The notes beneath the pieces were generated by a model, which saw only the letters and a list, made by a program, of their open reading frames with translations, was not told where the DNA came from and did no database searches. A stretch of 64,000 nt of DNA, taken from NCBI GenBank assembly GCA_963921275.4, contig OZ001293.3, positions 4,416,001-4,480,000 of the forward strand, given 5' to 3'. This document shows positions 48,185 to 59,046 of this stretch, piece after piece (positions within the stretch are counted from its first letter, which is position 1; each line of letters begins with the position of its first letter). The translations under genes and the position numbers were made by a program. Source of the DNA: an uncultured Hormoscilla sp. (GTDB taxonomy: Bacteria; Cyanobacteriota; Cyanobacteriia; Cyanobacteriales; Desertifilaceae).

Positions 48185-48838
48185 TTATAGCAAACCCGGA
48201 GGTGGCGCTATCTCCATTCTCCGATTGTCCAAGTCTACTACCGGCACAATTTCCTTGACAAAGGGAATCAAAACCGTAACTGGTTTCCCTGGTTTTTGCC
48301 GCTTTTTTTTAATTTTACTCTTTCTATTCGGAATGGGGGCATTTGATTTATCCGACTGCGATATCTTCTGGGTAGTGCGGGTAGCGCTCCCAGAAGATAT
48401 CGCAGGTTCTGGTTGTTTGTGCCACTGCACTTCTAGGAGATCGTTCCCCGCTGGTATTATATCTACTACAACCCCGATCGCCTCTCCTGTCAGTTGGTTA
48501 AATACTTCCAGCTTCAGCAAGTCTCTCACGTGATATTCGTCCTCTTTTAGCAGGGGGCGATCGCTATCTGGCACCAACAGTTTTGCATCTCGCAAAGCTT
48601 CTGCTTGGTCCCGATATTCTATCCCTGCCAATTCTACCACATATAAACCCTTCCCCGGAATATAGCGTCCCCCCAGCAATTCTACCGGTTCCGGTTCCCG
48701 ATCGCCCTGTTGTAGCCATCTCCTGCCGGGTTCGAGAAACCGTTCGGGAAAGTCAGTATTAGGATAAACTCGCACTTCCCCATCCAGGGCGTGGGGCGCA
48801 ACTATTGTACCAATTTCTATCCATTCTTCATTGCTCAT
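48185..48838 (-). CDS. rimM: Ribosome maturation factor RimM
   Basis: IGTIVAPH.L.GEVRV, TDFPERF, AGNDLLEV, LIPFVKEIVP. Confidence 0.95.
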   Translation of the reverse strand: MSNEEWIEIGTIVAPHALDGEVRVYPNTDFPERFLEPGRRWLQQGDREPEPVELLGGRYIPGKGLYVVELAGIEYRDQAEALRDAKLLVPDSDRPLLKEDEYHVRDLLKLEVFNQLTGEAIGVVVDIIPAGNDLLEVQWHKQPEPAISSGSATRTTQKISQSDKSNAPIPNRKSKIKKKRQKPGKPVTVLIPFVKEIVPVVDLDNRRMEIAPPPGLL

Positions 48839-48924
48839 TTGTTAATTCCGTTTGTAGTGAGGACTTTAGTCCTCATCCGCGAGTTAGGGAGATAAGGACT
48901 AAAGTCCTTACTACGAACCTTTAT

Positions 48925-50190
48925 TTACGAACCTTTATTATTATACACTTCTTCTACGACTTTTGCCAAGCGACCCATTCCCGTTACAATTTCATCATTC
49001 GTCGCTGTCAGGCTAATTCTCATGCACTCTTGCTTGTGTTGCCATTCTGACCGCAAACCTGGGAAAAATGGACTCCCTGGCACTACTATCACTCCTACTT
49101 TCTTCAGCTTTTGGTAAAATTTCCAATCAGTTATTGGTAAATCTTGCAACCACAACCATGCAAATATTGCCCCTTCGCCCCGATGCAGGAACCAGGGTAA
49201 TTCTTTGGGCATTACTTCATCCAATGTCGATTCTAAAACATCGAACTTTTTATGGTAAAATGGACGAATTACCTCATCTGATATCTTCCCGAGTTTACCA
49301 GACTTAATCGCCCTTGCCGCGATCGCCTGTCCGTAGCGCGAGGAATGGATGCACAAATTTGTCTGAAATGACTCCAACACTCGCAGCACTTTCGACGGTC
49401 CGATCGCCACTCCAATCCGTTCTCCTGGCAGTCCCGCCTTTGATAAACTCAGACAATGGACGATATTATCTCCAAATACTGGCGTCATACCCCTGAAGTT
49501 CAGGGCCGGATAGGGCGGGCCATAGGCCGAGTCGATGAACACTGGTACATTAGAGGCGATCGCGCCAATTTTTTTCACCTCATCATCTGTCAAAACATTT
49601 CCCGTAGGGTTGCAGGGGCGAGAGAAGATAACGCAACCCGTATTTTCGGTAATTTGCAGTTGACTGAAGTCTGGGCGATACTTGAACCGATGGGATGTCA
49701 TTTCTATAGTTGGTTTATAGGCATATACTACATCTGGGGTCAAGCTAATCGATCCGTATCCCGTGTAATCTGGACTCAAAGGTAACACAATTTCCTTGAG
49801 AGTGCCATCAGGAGTATAGCCGCCAAAGACATTCGCCGCAAAAAAATAGATTGATTGACTTCCAGGCGTAATCAGGATATTGCGATCGCCCAGTTGCCAC
49901 CCGTAGCGCTGGTTAAAATCATCCTTGACCGCCTCAATCAAAGGCTGATATCCTTGAGATAGGCCGTAGCGACAAACCACCTCACCGTATTCCTGACTAG
50001 ATAGCAGTTCTGCCGTACAATCACGCCACAACTGCTCTACTTCTGGTAATATAACTGGATTTCCCGCACTCAGATTAATAAAATTCTGCCCCTTCCCAGC
50101 TTGTAAAGTTTCGATGATATCTTTCATAATTGCCCGCACCCCGCTGAGGTGGGACATGTTCACGCCAAATTGAGTCAGTACAGGTTCCAT
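48925..50190 (-). CDS. avtA: Valine-pyruvate aminotransferase
   Basis: NLSAGNP, SRPCNPTGN, DSAY, SLSKAGLPGERIG, EGAIF.WLW. Confidence 0.9.
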   Translation of the reverse strand: MEPVLTQFGVNMSHLSGVRAIMKDIIETLQAGKGQNFINLSAGNPVILPEVEQLWRDCTAELLSSQEYGEVVCRYGLSQGYQPLIEAVKDDFNQRYGWQLGDRNILITPGSQSIYFFAANVFGGYTPDGTLKEIVLPLSPDYTGYGSISLTPDVVYAYKPTIEMTSHRFKYRPDFSQLQITENTGCVIFSRPCNPTGNVLTDDEVKKIGAIASNVPVFIDSAYGPPYPALNFRGMTPVFGDNIVHCLSLSKAGLPGERIGVAIGPSKVLRVLESFQTNLCIHSSRYGQAIAARAIKSGKLGKISDEVIRPFYHKKFDVLESTLDEVMPKELPWFLHRGEGAIFAWLWLQDLPITDWKFYQKLKKVGVIVVPGSPFFPGLRSEWQHKQECMRISLTATNDEIVTGMGRLAKVVEEVYNNKGS

Positions 50191-50819
50191 AGGCATAAGT
50201 AGTTCGTAGTTTGTAGTTCGTAGTTAGTTTTTAAGTCCTCTGATGCCGATGGCGCTACGCTGGCAGCCATGTGCCAGAATGTTTCACCATTTTTGGCAAA
50301 ATTGACCGAATAGGCAATTTAAATGCACGACAGCTTATTTTTTTATAGCACCGGTTCTTTGAGCTGAGTTTTCCCAACTCTTTCTCCATTCTAGTATCTG
50401 CTGAGTACATCATCCCAATATTTGAGGAAACCTGAGCTATGATGGTGTTATAGTAACATAACGTCGCAATAACCCGCAGAGGGTTAAAACCGGAGGCTAA
50501 AAGCTCAAGTCCACAAAGCTTGGACTAAACACTTTCTCTATCAGGCTTTCAGTCGGTATAACACCGACTTTAGCTATTAGCCGGGGGTTTGAAGATACTG
50601 TGGGGTAATTAACTGGGGGGTATGACCCCTTATCAGCTTCAAATGCTGATTGCGCTTGACTTTCCCCCCCCTCCCCCCCTCACCCCCTCAGAACGCCTTG
50701 AATTGGTAATTCGCCCACAGCATCTTTGAACCCCCGGCGGGTCATGAGGCAAATCGAGAAGGATAATGCTGCAAAATATCATTGTCAAATATCCACATTA
50801 TATTGGCTGAGTCTACTTT

Positions 50820-51722
50820 ATGCAACCGATAGCTACTGAATTTTACTCTTGGCAGAATTATCGCTGTGCCTACTCCGTGCATTACCCAACTGCCCCCACT
50901 GCTGCTACCGGCATTCCCCTACTGTTAATTCATCCCATCGGGGTGGGATTATCGGGGCAGTTTTGGCGCAGATTCTGCTCCCAATGGTATCATCAAGGTC
51001 ACCGCAATCCCATTTACAATCCGGACTTACTAGGATGCGGTCAAAGCGATATGCCCCGCCTAGCTTACGATCCTACCGATTGGGCAGCTCAGTTGCAACA
51101 TTTTTTGCAGACTGTCATCCAAAAACCCGCCATTGTCTTCGTCCAAGGTGCCCTCTTACCAGTGGCGATCGCCTTAACCCAAAGCCAACCTAATTTGATT
51201 CGAGGACTGGTTTTATCTGGTCCTCCAGGTTGGCCGATAATGACCAAAAAGTCAAGCCCTTGGCAGCAACTACTTCTCTGGAATCTATTCTTTGATTCTC
51301 CTCTTGGTAATGCTTTCTATCGCTACGCCCGCCGTCGGCAATTCCTTGAATCTTTTTCTATACGCCAACTGTTTGCTGAGGTCTCCGGAGTCGATGGGTC
51401 CTGGTTAGATACCTTGGAAGCAGGTGCAGAAAATCCTGCTAGTCGCTATGCCGTGTTTTCCTTTCTCGCTGGGTTTTGGCGACAGGACTACGAAAGCGCG
51501 ATCGCCGCTATTTCTCAACCTACGTTGGTAGTTATCGGAGAGATAGCATCAAATATTAGCCCAGAAGGTAAGACAGAAACACCCGCTCTACGTCTAGCTG
51601 CTTATTTGCAATGCTTGCCAAATGGTCGCGGGGTGAAAATTCCCGGTCGGAACGTGTTACCTTATGAATCTACTGCGAAATTTGTGCGCGCGATCGCCCC
51701 ATTTGTCGCGGAGTTAAACTAA
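50820..51722 (+). CDS. Alpha/beta-fold hydrolase
   Basis: LLLIHPIGVG, PDLLGCGQSD, GRNVLPYE. Confidence 0.85.
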   Translation: MQPIATEFYSWQNYRCAYSVHYPTAPTAATGIPLLLIHPIGVGLSGQFWRRFCSQWYHQGHRNPIYNPDLLGCGQSDMPRLAYDPTDWAAQLQHFLQTVIQKPAIVFVQGALLPVAIALTQSQPNLIRGLVLSGPPGWPIMTKKSSPWQQLLLWNLFFDSPLGNAFYRYARRRQFLESFSIRQLFAEVSGVDGSWLDTLEAGAENPASRYAVFSFLAGFWRQDYESAIAAISQPTLVVIGEIASNISPEGKTETPALRLAAYLQCLPNGRGVKIPGRNVLPYESTAKFVRAIAPFVAELN

Positions 51723-52060
51723 CTCCCGGGAGGAGTATCCTGCTGAAAGTAAAGAGAGGATTTATAAAGCACTTGTTCTTGGTGAGTCAGCAGGGTACAA
51801 TCAGATAAAGGATAAGCTACGCATGTGACAATGTATCCTGCTGCCATCTCCGATGGACGGAGAAATTTTTGTTCCCTTTGATTCACTTCCCCACTCAAAA
51901 GCTGGGCAACACAAGCAGAACATTCTCCTTGCTTGCATCCAGAGGGTAAGCGGATCCCCGCCGACTCTGCTATGTCGAGGATATACTCGTTCTCGGGAAC
52001 CTCGATCGCGCGATCGAGATTAATTTTCTCATTCACGAGACGCACTTGATAAGCTGCCAT
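51719..52060 (-). CDS. 2Fe-2S plant-type ferredoxin
   Basis: LPSGCKQGECSAC...VTCVAYP. Confidence 0.92.
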   Translation of the reverse strand: MAAYQVRLVNEKINLDRAIEVPENEYILDIAESAGIRLPSGCKQGECSACVAQLLSGEVNQREQKFLRPSEMAAGYIVTCVAYPLSDCTLLTHQEQVLYKSSLYFQQDTPPGS

Positions 52061-52399
52061 ATTAGATCTCCAGCGGATTTAATTTATCGGGCGATCGCCC
52101 AGAAAACTATTCAAACATAGATGGGAAATCTTATCAATGGCAAATGGCGCGATAATTCTCAATTCTCAATTCTCCATTCTCCATTAGCAATTAGCAAACT
52201 TAAACTATGCTACTCTCAGGCTACCACCAATGACACAGATAGCCGCCCGAGTGCGATCGTCTGAATAATCAACTATATCGAGTGTTAATTAGCACATTAA
52301 TTAGGCGAAAATCGCCGAGGATGTTAAATTTTGTAACGATTTTGTAACGAGCGTTCATCCTAGAGACAATAAATTTAGTAGAATGAAGATCCAGAGACG

Positions 52400-52664
52400 A
52401 TCCATCCCCTGGGCTCGGCATGGTTCAGTCGAAATCTTTGTGGTTATGTTAATGTAACCAATGAAATTCTGATTGCTCAGATTACGAATATTCCCGGTTG
52501 GTACTTTGAGCGGGTTGTGTTCCCCAAGGAATATCTGTTGTTTGAAGCGCCCAGAAGCGACTCTGGAAATAGATCATGGGGAAATAAGCGGTGTTACCCT
52601 CCTGGATAAAATAGCCTGCGATCGCCTGCAAGTTGCGGAAGCATCAGAGCCAGTATTGGCATAA
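52400..52664 (+). pseudogene. DUF1830-like protein, frameshifted
   Basis: Fragments ILIAQITNIPGWYFERVVFP, LLFEAP..ATLEI and DKIACDRLQV. Confidence 0.55.
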
Positions 52665-52711
52665 GATAGGGAAAATTGTTAATTGGCAATTAACAATTTT
52701 CCAGTGGGAAA

Positions 52712-53188
52712 CTAGCAGTTAGTACCAACCGCTTCACAAGCTCCAATACTCACCCAACTGCTGGAACCATCGGCCCAATGTTCCTTTTTCCAGATGGGAG
52801 CGTTGTGCTTCAAAGTATCGATCGCGTACTGACAAGCTGCAAAAGCTTCGGCCCGGTGGGGACAACCCACAGCTACCAGGACGCTAATTTCTCCAAGCTG
52901 CAAGCGTCCCGTGCGATGGTGGATCGCCACCCGATTCACATCAGGCCAAGTCTCGCGAATCTGGGCGGCAATGTTACGAAATATCTGAATTGCCATTGGT
53001 TCGTAAGCCTGATATTCCAAGGCTACTACGGGTTTACCATCCGTCTGATTCCGTACCGTGCCACTCATCACGACTACCGCCCCGTTGGCCAGATCGTCTG
53101 CCAAGGCGTAGACTTCCTCTAGGGACAAGGGGGCAAAAGTAATGGCAAAACTGTCTTGAGAATGCGGTTGACTGGGGGCTACGATCAC
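52712..53188 (-). CDS. moaE: Molybdopterin synthase catalytic subunit
   Basis: GAVVVMSGTVR, LEYQAYEPMA, HRTGRL, PHRAEAF, PIWKKE. Confidence 0.95.
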   Translation of the reverse strand: MIVAPSQPHSQDSFAITFAPLSLEEVYALADDLANGAVVVMSGTVRNQTDGKPVVALEYQAYEPMAIQIFRNIAAQIRETWPDVNRVAIHHRTGRLQLGEISVLVAVGCPHRAEAFAACQYAIDTLKHNAPIWKKEHWADGSSSWVSIGACEAVGTNC

Positions 53189-53225
53189 GGTTGTGACTCC
53201 TTAATTCATCACTGCCATTTTCTAA

Positions 53226-55916
53226 TCATATCTCCAGTCCAGCACGACGGGCTAGAGATAAAACCTTAGCGCGACCAGCATTCTGGGTAAATTTTAATCC
53301 AAAACGATAGATTTCAGCCAGATAATACTCATCTCCTTCGCGAAGGATGGCACCGTGAGCTGACAATGTCTTGATTTCTGCTAAAGTTAATTCAGCATCT
53401 TCCTGCGTGAATGGGATTTTGCGATTTTCTACTGGCAGGTTAACCAGTTTAGTAAAGATATTTTCCAAGGCTGTGTTTTCGATCTCAATTTCCTCTATTT
53501 TCTTGTGGCTACATTCAGGTAACGCTTCCCTCATTGCTGTAGGAACGAGGAGCCGATCTTGCCAATAAGTATCATCGATAGACTTCTTTGCTGCTATATG
53601 TAAAAACCGTACCAAGTCCCGCGACTGAATTTGTCCATTGTAATCAGAAAGTGCGGCAATAACAAACCGATCGGACATAGCTTCACGAGAGCGATCGCTA
53701 CCCAATTTCTTCCCCCATAAAGGTACTAGAGCTTTACTCAGTTTTTCTTTACTCATATCGGTAAGTTTGGCAGCATTATCAATGCTTGGCATAATACCGG
53801 CCTGTTTCATTATCCAAGCAACCAATCGCAGTGCTTCTTCCCGATTCCATTTTAAGGCATAAGACTGATAACGAGCCATCATTTGGGCAGCATTTTGGTG
53901 AATAGCAGCCAGCACCATATCTTGCCGCACAAAAATCAAAATTCCCAAAGGACGCCCCGGTTGCTGGGACAACCACTCCGGTACTTCCTGAAGTAAAGCC
54001 CGTAAAGCTGTCTGTTCAGTTTCCTGACTAGCAAAGTTTTGAAACAGGTCTTCGAGACCATCAAGGACCACAACCAATTGCTGTTGCTTCTTAACCAGAT
54101 GAGCAGTCAAATCTTTACCAGCACCTTCTGTGTTAGGTTGAAACCCAACATTCCAAGCAATTAAATCTAGCCAGCGATCGCGCCATTGCCCTTCATGCAG
54201 ATTTTCCTGATAACGATCTCTAATATAATCCCGAATCGTGCTAGCTGCTTGCGGCTCGTCAAACCCCAAGTCCTTTGATGTCTTGCTGCGAACTTTTTCC
54301 ACTATATTCTGAGCGTTATCCCCAAGGTTTTTTGATGACATCATTGGCGATATCACAGCCTTTACCTGAACGTTTATGACCAGAGCAGCATTAGCAAAAG
54401 TCTGCCAATTGTATCGGCGCACTATCTGTAAGAAGCTGTAAGTCTTGCCCGCACCTTTCGCACCCACAATTACCGCGATCGGGACTTGTAGTCGGTAATC
54501 GGATGCCAAGTTACGTAAGGGCATGGTAGCCAAAAAATTATCAACTTCTGCCCCCTCTGCATACACCAGTTTTTCAGATAGTTCGGCGAGCTTTTCTCTT
54601 TGAGACCTTAAACTCGGAATATTTTCACGATCGGGTTCAACTCCCAGACTTGGCAACCACTCCATTACAGGTCGTATAGCATCCACAATTCCCGCACGTT
54701 GGATCCGCATAATTACATCTTTCCAACTGGAAGGTAAAACCACCAAACTCCCATCGAAGGGAGTGGTTACTCTCAGAATGTCACGGTCTTCCTCTAGAAA
54801 TGGCTGGGCGGCTTCTAGCAGTTTATTTTCTTGTGACACTATATTGTGTTGTTCATCTTCTGGCACTTGGGCGAAAATTAAGGCAGGTAGTGGATCTTTT
54901 TCACGAAGGAAAGGCGATCGCTCTGAGAGCAGTTCTAAGAGTTTAATCGTGCCAGAAACAGACTGTGCGCTCAAAGTAGTAACAAAAATCCGGTAGACTC
55001 GCGGGTCTAAAATTAGACCAGAGGCAAGTTCCGAGAGTCCAGCCCGCAAATCGATCAATACCACATCTACACCGAGAGCTTTCCCCAGACTGGCTAAGAT
55101 GTTTGTCAAAATAAACGCATCTTTAGAACCCTGGATTAGGTGTTCTGGTTTGATTGCCAACAAACTAAATCCAGCCTTGGAGGTAACTCCAGCGCTGGAA
55201 CGGAATGAAGGCAAAACATAAATTCCGTCAATTCGGGTATTGGCCAGTCGATCGGCTACCAATTCAATCGCCGACTCTGCTTCCGGAGAAAAATCTCCAT
55301 GAGCGAGGGCGATCAGGTCGGCAAACGATACCGGTGGTAAGGGAAATCTCTGCTCAAACAACCAACTAATTCCCGGTGCCTCTAAGTCTCCATCTACCAG
55401 CAGAACTCGCGGTTTTTCCGTGAGGGAAAAATCAGCAGCGATCGCTTGTGCCAAAGCCAGAGCGTGAGTTGTCCTGCCCACGCCTCCCTTGAAGGAATGG
55501 AAAGCAACTACTGGCGGACAATCTGCCGGTAAAACTTCTGGAGGTTCCATATCTTGACGGGGAGGCCAAAGGACTGTTGGTCTGGACAAACTGGGGCTCA
55601 GTCTGGGAGTATAGGGTTCTTCGTCTGTTTCTTCAAAACGTACTGCCAGAGTCCGTTGATTGACTGAGACAGCTTCTAAAATAATTAAACCTTCTGGCAT
55701 TTCCTGTTCGGAATCAATTTGGAACCGAGGATCGTATACTTCCCCCAGCCACTTGAGTGCCGCCTCTTGAGTGCCGGGACGAATTCCCATCGTTACTTCA
55801 TCCCAATAGGCTCTCACCCAAACTAACCATTCTGGCCACTCACCTTGCTGTTGCTTCCGGAGCAACACCTCTTCTACGTCAACCCACGTGTACAGACGAA
55901 TATCTGATGGAATCAT
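53226..55916 (-). CDS. KGGVGR-variant ParA-like ATPase fused to a second P-loop NTPase
   Basis: FHSFKGGVGRTT, VDGDLEAPG, IDLRAG; second Walker A GAKGAGKT and Walker B VVLDGLED. Confidence 0.85.
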   Translation of the reverse strand: MIPSDIRLYTWVDVEEVLLRKQQQGEWPEWLVWVRAYWDEVTMGIRPGTQEAALKWLGEVYDPRFQIDSEQEMPEGLIILEAVSVNQRTLAVRFEETDEEPYTPRLSPSLSRPTVLWPPRQDMEPPEVLPADCPPVVAFHSFKGGVGRTTHALALAQAIAADFSLTEKPRVLLVDGDLEAPGISWLFEQRFPLPPVSFADLIALAHGDFSPEAESAIELVADRLANTRIDGIYVLPSFRSSAGVTSKAGFSLLAIKPEHLIQGSKDAFILTNILASLGKALGVDVVLIDLRAGLSELASGLILDPRVYRIFVTTLSAQSVSGTIKLLELLSERSPFLREKDPLPALIFAQVPEDEQHNIVSQENKLLEAAQPFLEEDRDILRVTTPFDGSLVVLPSSWKDVIMRIQRAGIVDAIRPVMEWLPSLGVEPDRENIPSLRSQREKLAELSEKLVYAEGAEVDNFLATMPLRNLASDYRLQVPIAVIVGAKGAGKTYSFLQIVRRYNWQTFANAALVINVQVKAVISPMMSSKNLGDNAQNIVEKVRSKTSKDLGFDEPQAASTIRDYIRDRYQENLHEGQWRDRWLDLIAWNVGFQPNTEGAGKDLTAHLVKKQQQLVVVLDGLEDLFQNFASQETEQTALRALLQEVPEWLSQQPGRPLGILIFVRQDMVLAAIHQNAAQMMARYQSYALKWNREEALRLVAWIMKQAGIMPSIDNAAKLTDMSKEKLSKALVPLWGKKLGSDRSREAMSDRFVIAALSDYNGQIQSRDLVRFLHIAAKKSIDDTYWQDRLLVPTAMREALPECSHKKIEEIEIENTALENIFTKLVNLPVENRKIPFTQEDAELTLAEIKTLSAHGAILREGDEYYLAEIYRFGLKFTQNAGRAKVLSLARRAGLEI

Positions 55917-56329
55917 CGCTTTATGTTCTCCTTAATCCAATTACAAACATTTTTTAACCATCCTACCACTACTTTTTCATCCTCTGACTTCATCCCAATG
56001 CCATAACGCCACGCCTGATGAGCTTTTTCTATATCTAAATTTGCACCCCCACCGGCTAAATATAAGTTGGGAGTATTACAACTTATACTTGGAGCTACCT
56101 TGAGTTTTTTTACCCATTTATCTAAATTGTGACCGTATTTTGAAAGAAAACTTTTGTCTTTTACTTGATTAGTATTTCGGAGATTTTTCCTCTGTAACCA
56201 GATACTCTTTAGACCACATTCTACAGCATAAAACAGCAGCCAGTAATCTGAAATACTTTTTTCTTCTCTAATTGCATCCTTATGAGCATTAAATGCTTTT
56301 CGTAGTTCACTGACACCAGCATGGAGCAT
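55913..56329 (-). CDS. HEPN-like protein (in frame with the tail of a truncated upstream gene reaching 56554)
   Basis: LLFYAVECGLK, GHNL, HQAWRY. RBS GGAGA before ATG 56329; ATGA overlap with the next gene. Confidence 0.6.
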   Translation of the reverse strand: MLHAGVSELRKAFNAHKDAIREEKSISDYWLLFYAVECGLKSIWLQRKNLRNTNQVKDKSFLSKYGHNLDKWVKKLKVAPSISCNTPNLYLAGGGANLDIEKAHQAWRYGIGMKSEDEKVVVGWLKNVCNWIKENIKR

Positions 56330-56619
56330 CCCATCTCCCAGCTTTTTTTGACTTTTGAGTTTGATTATCTCATTTTTGAGCTTGATTATCTCATTTATCT
56401 CATTTTTGAGCTTGTATAAAGACGCGATCGCTGCCGGTTCCTGGCTGGGGTCGATCCTAGACTCAATGTAATCGAGCAGTTGCTCGAAGGATTTCAGGGT
56501 TTGCAGGTCCGGTTGCACTCCCGAAAGGTCGATATTTGGAAAATCTGCCGTCATCTTGGCTTCAGCAATACAAGTTAAGACAAAGGGTTGCCTTTCTTCC
56601 AGATCTTTAAGCCATTTTA

Positions 56620-57481
56620 GGGCGTGTCATCAGTTAGAAGAAGAGAGGATAGAATAGATGAACTGAAGAAAAGGAAAGAGACAGAAAAATAGATATGCAC
56701 CCTTGAATGACCAGTGGGAAAAAATCAAGGATTTCCTACCGGGAAGAGAAGGCCATGTAGTCCGAACAGCAAAAAATAATCGACTATTTGTGGAAGCAGT
56801 GCTGTATCGGTACAAAGCGAGAATCCCGTGTCCAGACTTACCCGAGAGATTTGGAGACTAACGAGATGTACATACGAGGTTTAGCCGAGGGAACAAAAAC
56901 AGAGTGTGGGAAAAGATCTTCTTTGTGTTGGCGGAAGATGCAGATAACGAGTATGGAATGATTGATGCCACAATAGTCAGAGCCTATCAACACAGTGCCG
57001 GTGCGCCAAAAAAAAGAATCCTCTGTCGCCAGGAGTCTGAACACAATAACGACCAAGCCATTGGTAGAAGTCTCCTCCGATTAAGTACTTTGATTCATAC
57101 CACTTATGACGCTCTTTTTAATCCGGAGGGCTTCTTTTTGACAGTCCGACAAGCCCACGAGCTCGATAGCGCAGATGTCCTGCGCCATCGAGCTTGAAGC
57201 TTCCGCCATGTTGGCTTCTAAGGCTGATGATGCTGATGAACGAGTCCGTCAGAAACTTCACCCTCTTTGTTCCATAGCGGTTATTCCCTCTCAGGGGAAC
57301 CGGAAAGAACCTCACTCCTACGATCGGCATCTCTACAAAGCTCGCCATCTGCGCCAAAAACTTTTTTGCCAATCTTATGCTGTATCTTGCTATTGCCACC
57401 CGTTACGATCAAACCGCTCGCAATTTTTTAGGGGCGATTTATCTGGTGGCTTGTGTCATCTGGCTTAACTGATGACACGCC
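56620..57481 (+). mobile_element. IS5-family (IS427-like) element, heavily degraded
   Basis: Same TIRs; frameshifted transposase fragments (MIDATIVRAYQH, YDRHLYKARH). Confidence 0.88.
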
Positions 57482-58034
57482 TTAGATATCGAAGGGGACG
57501 AAACTGGACAACAGTTGGTCGGGCGTCACTTTACTCACGATGCCTAAGATGCGATCGGACTCAGCAATCCCAATTATAGTATTAGTGCCCCGAGCCGACA
57601 AAGTCAAATCATAAACAGTTAATCCTCCCGTCAGTCCTATCCGATCTTCACCAACTACCAAGTCTACGACTACATCTGCTTGTCTCCTGTCAACTACATC
57701 TGCTGATGCTGACAACACAAACAGATCGCTACCATCACCGCCCAGGAGAATATCCCGACCAGCATCTCCACTAAGGGTATCGTCTCCTGCATCTCCTCGC
57801 AGCAGGTCATCTCCCCGACTGCCAAACATAATGTCACTCCCCATGCCCCCAGTCAAGGTGTCAGCACCGAGATCGGCAAAGAGGATGTCATCGCCCTGGG
57901 TACCCGTCAGATTATCATCAGAGTACGAGCCAAGGATCAGAGTCACTGTTTGTGGGGGCGCTGGCGGACCCGCGATCGCCACCGTTACGGTAGCACTGGA
58001 TGTACTACCATTAGCATCAGAAATACTATAAGTA

Positions 58035-59046
58035 ACTCAAGTTGCGACCTATAAAAATTGGATACAAAAAGCTATGATAAAGAGAATTATTTTCAACTCT
58101 AATCCCTTAGATGTAACAGCATGAATTGACTTGGGAAACAAATTGGTGATTCGACTAAAACAGGTTTCAACTTGTTTTCTTGTTACTTTTTGTATATATT
58201 CAAAACAAGAATATTCTTTTCTTTTTGAGTTCTTTTTTCGCAAAGGTTTTAACATTATACTTGACGACTCTTTTAGTAAATCCTCTAATTGATAATCATT
58301 ATAAGCTTTATCTCCATAAACTATTGAATTTGATGGTAAGTCAAAGCCAAAAGATTGCAAAACTTTAAAATCATTATAACTACCAGGATCTAGATAAAAT
58401 TCTATTGGCTTTCCATTTTTGTTTACCAACATATGAACTCTTAATCCATAAAAATAACGTTTTTTACTGGCAATATACCCTCGATATTCTTCCTTGTTAT
58501 AAATTTGGCATCTATCAATCCTAATATTATCACATACTGGCACCGGGAAACTATCAAGAATATATTCTTGACCCGGATTGAGCTCTTTAAATGTTTGAGC
58601 TATAACTTGGAAGAAAAACATCCAAATTGGTTCGTCAATATTGTGTAATCGACGATTGAACCTACTTTTACTTAACAGATTTTTTATATACTTGTGTTGG
58701 ACCATAAATTGACAAGAGCGATCGTGGTGTCCTCCGAAAAAATATGCAGCAACTAATCCGACTGTCATCACTTCGGCATTGTTCATTTTTACTTGTGGAT
58801 CTTCTTTTATATTTAACGCTTTTAGTAGCTCGTCACAAAGAACAAAAATTGTTGTAATTATATCTTCCATCATCTACATCCCCCAGCAATTAACTATTAT
58901 TTTAGTACATTATAACCTATAAACAGCCAACCCGCCGTCTAGCACAAAAAAAATATAATTTTGTATCAAAAGCTACGAAATATCCCAAATATCTGTAAAG
59001 TATAAGTGGGTAATTCATATTTTTTTTAATAGGTCGCAACTTAGGT
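58035..59046 (-). mobile_element. IS982-family element with intact 274-aa transposase (58049-58873)
   Basis: TIRs; 8-bp TSD TATAAGTA; motifs ILDSFP, YFYGLRVH, GDKAY, RKQVET. Confidence 0.93.
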
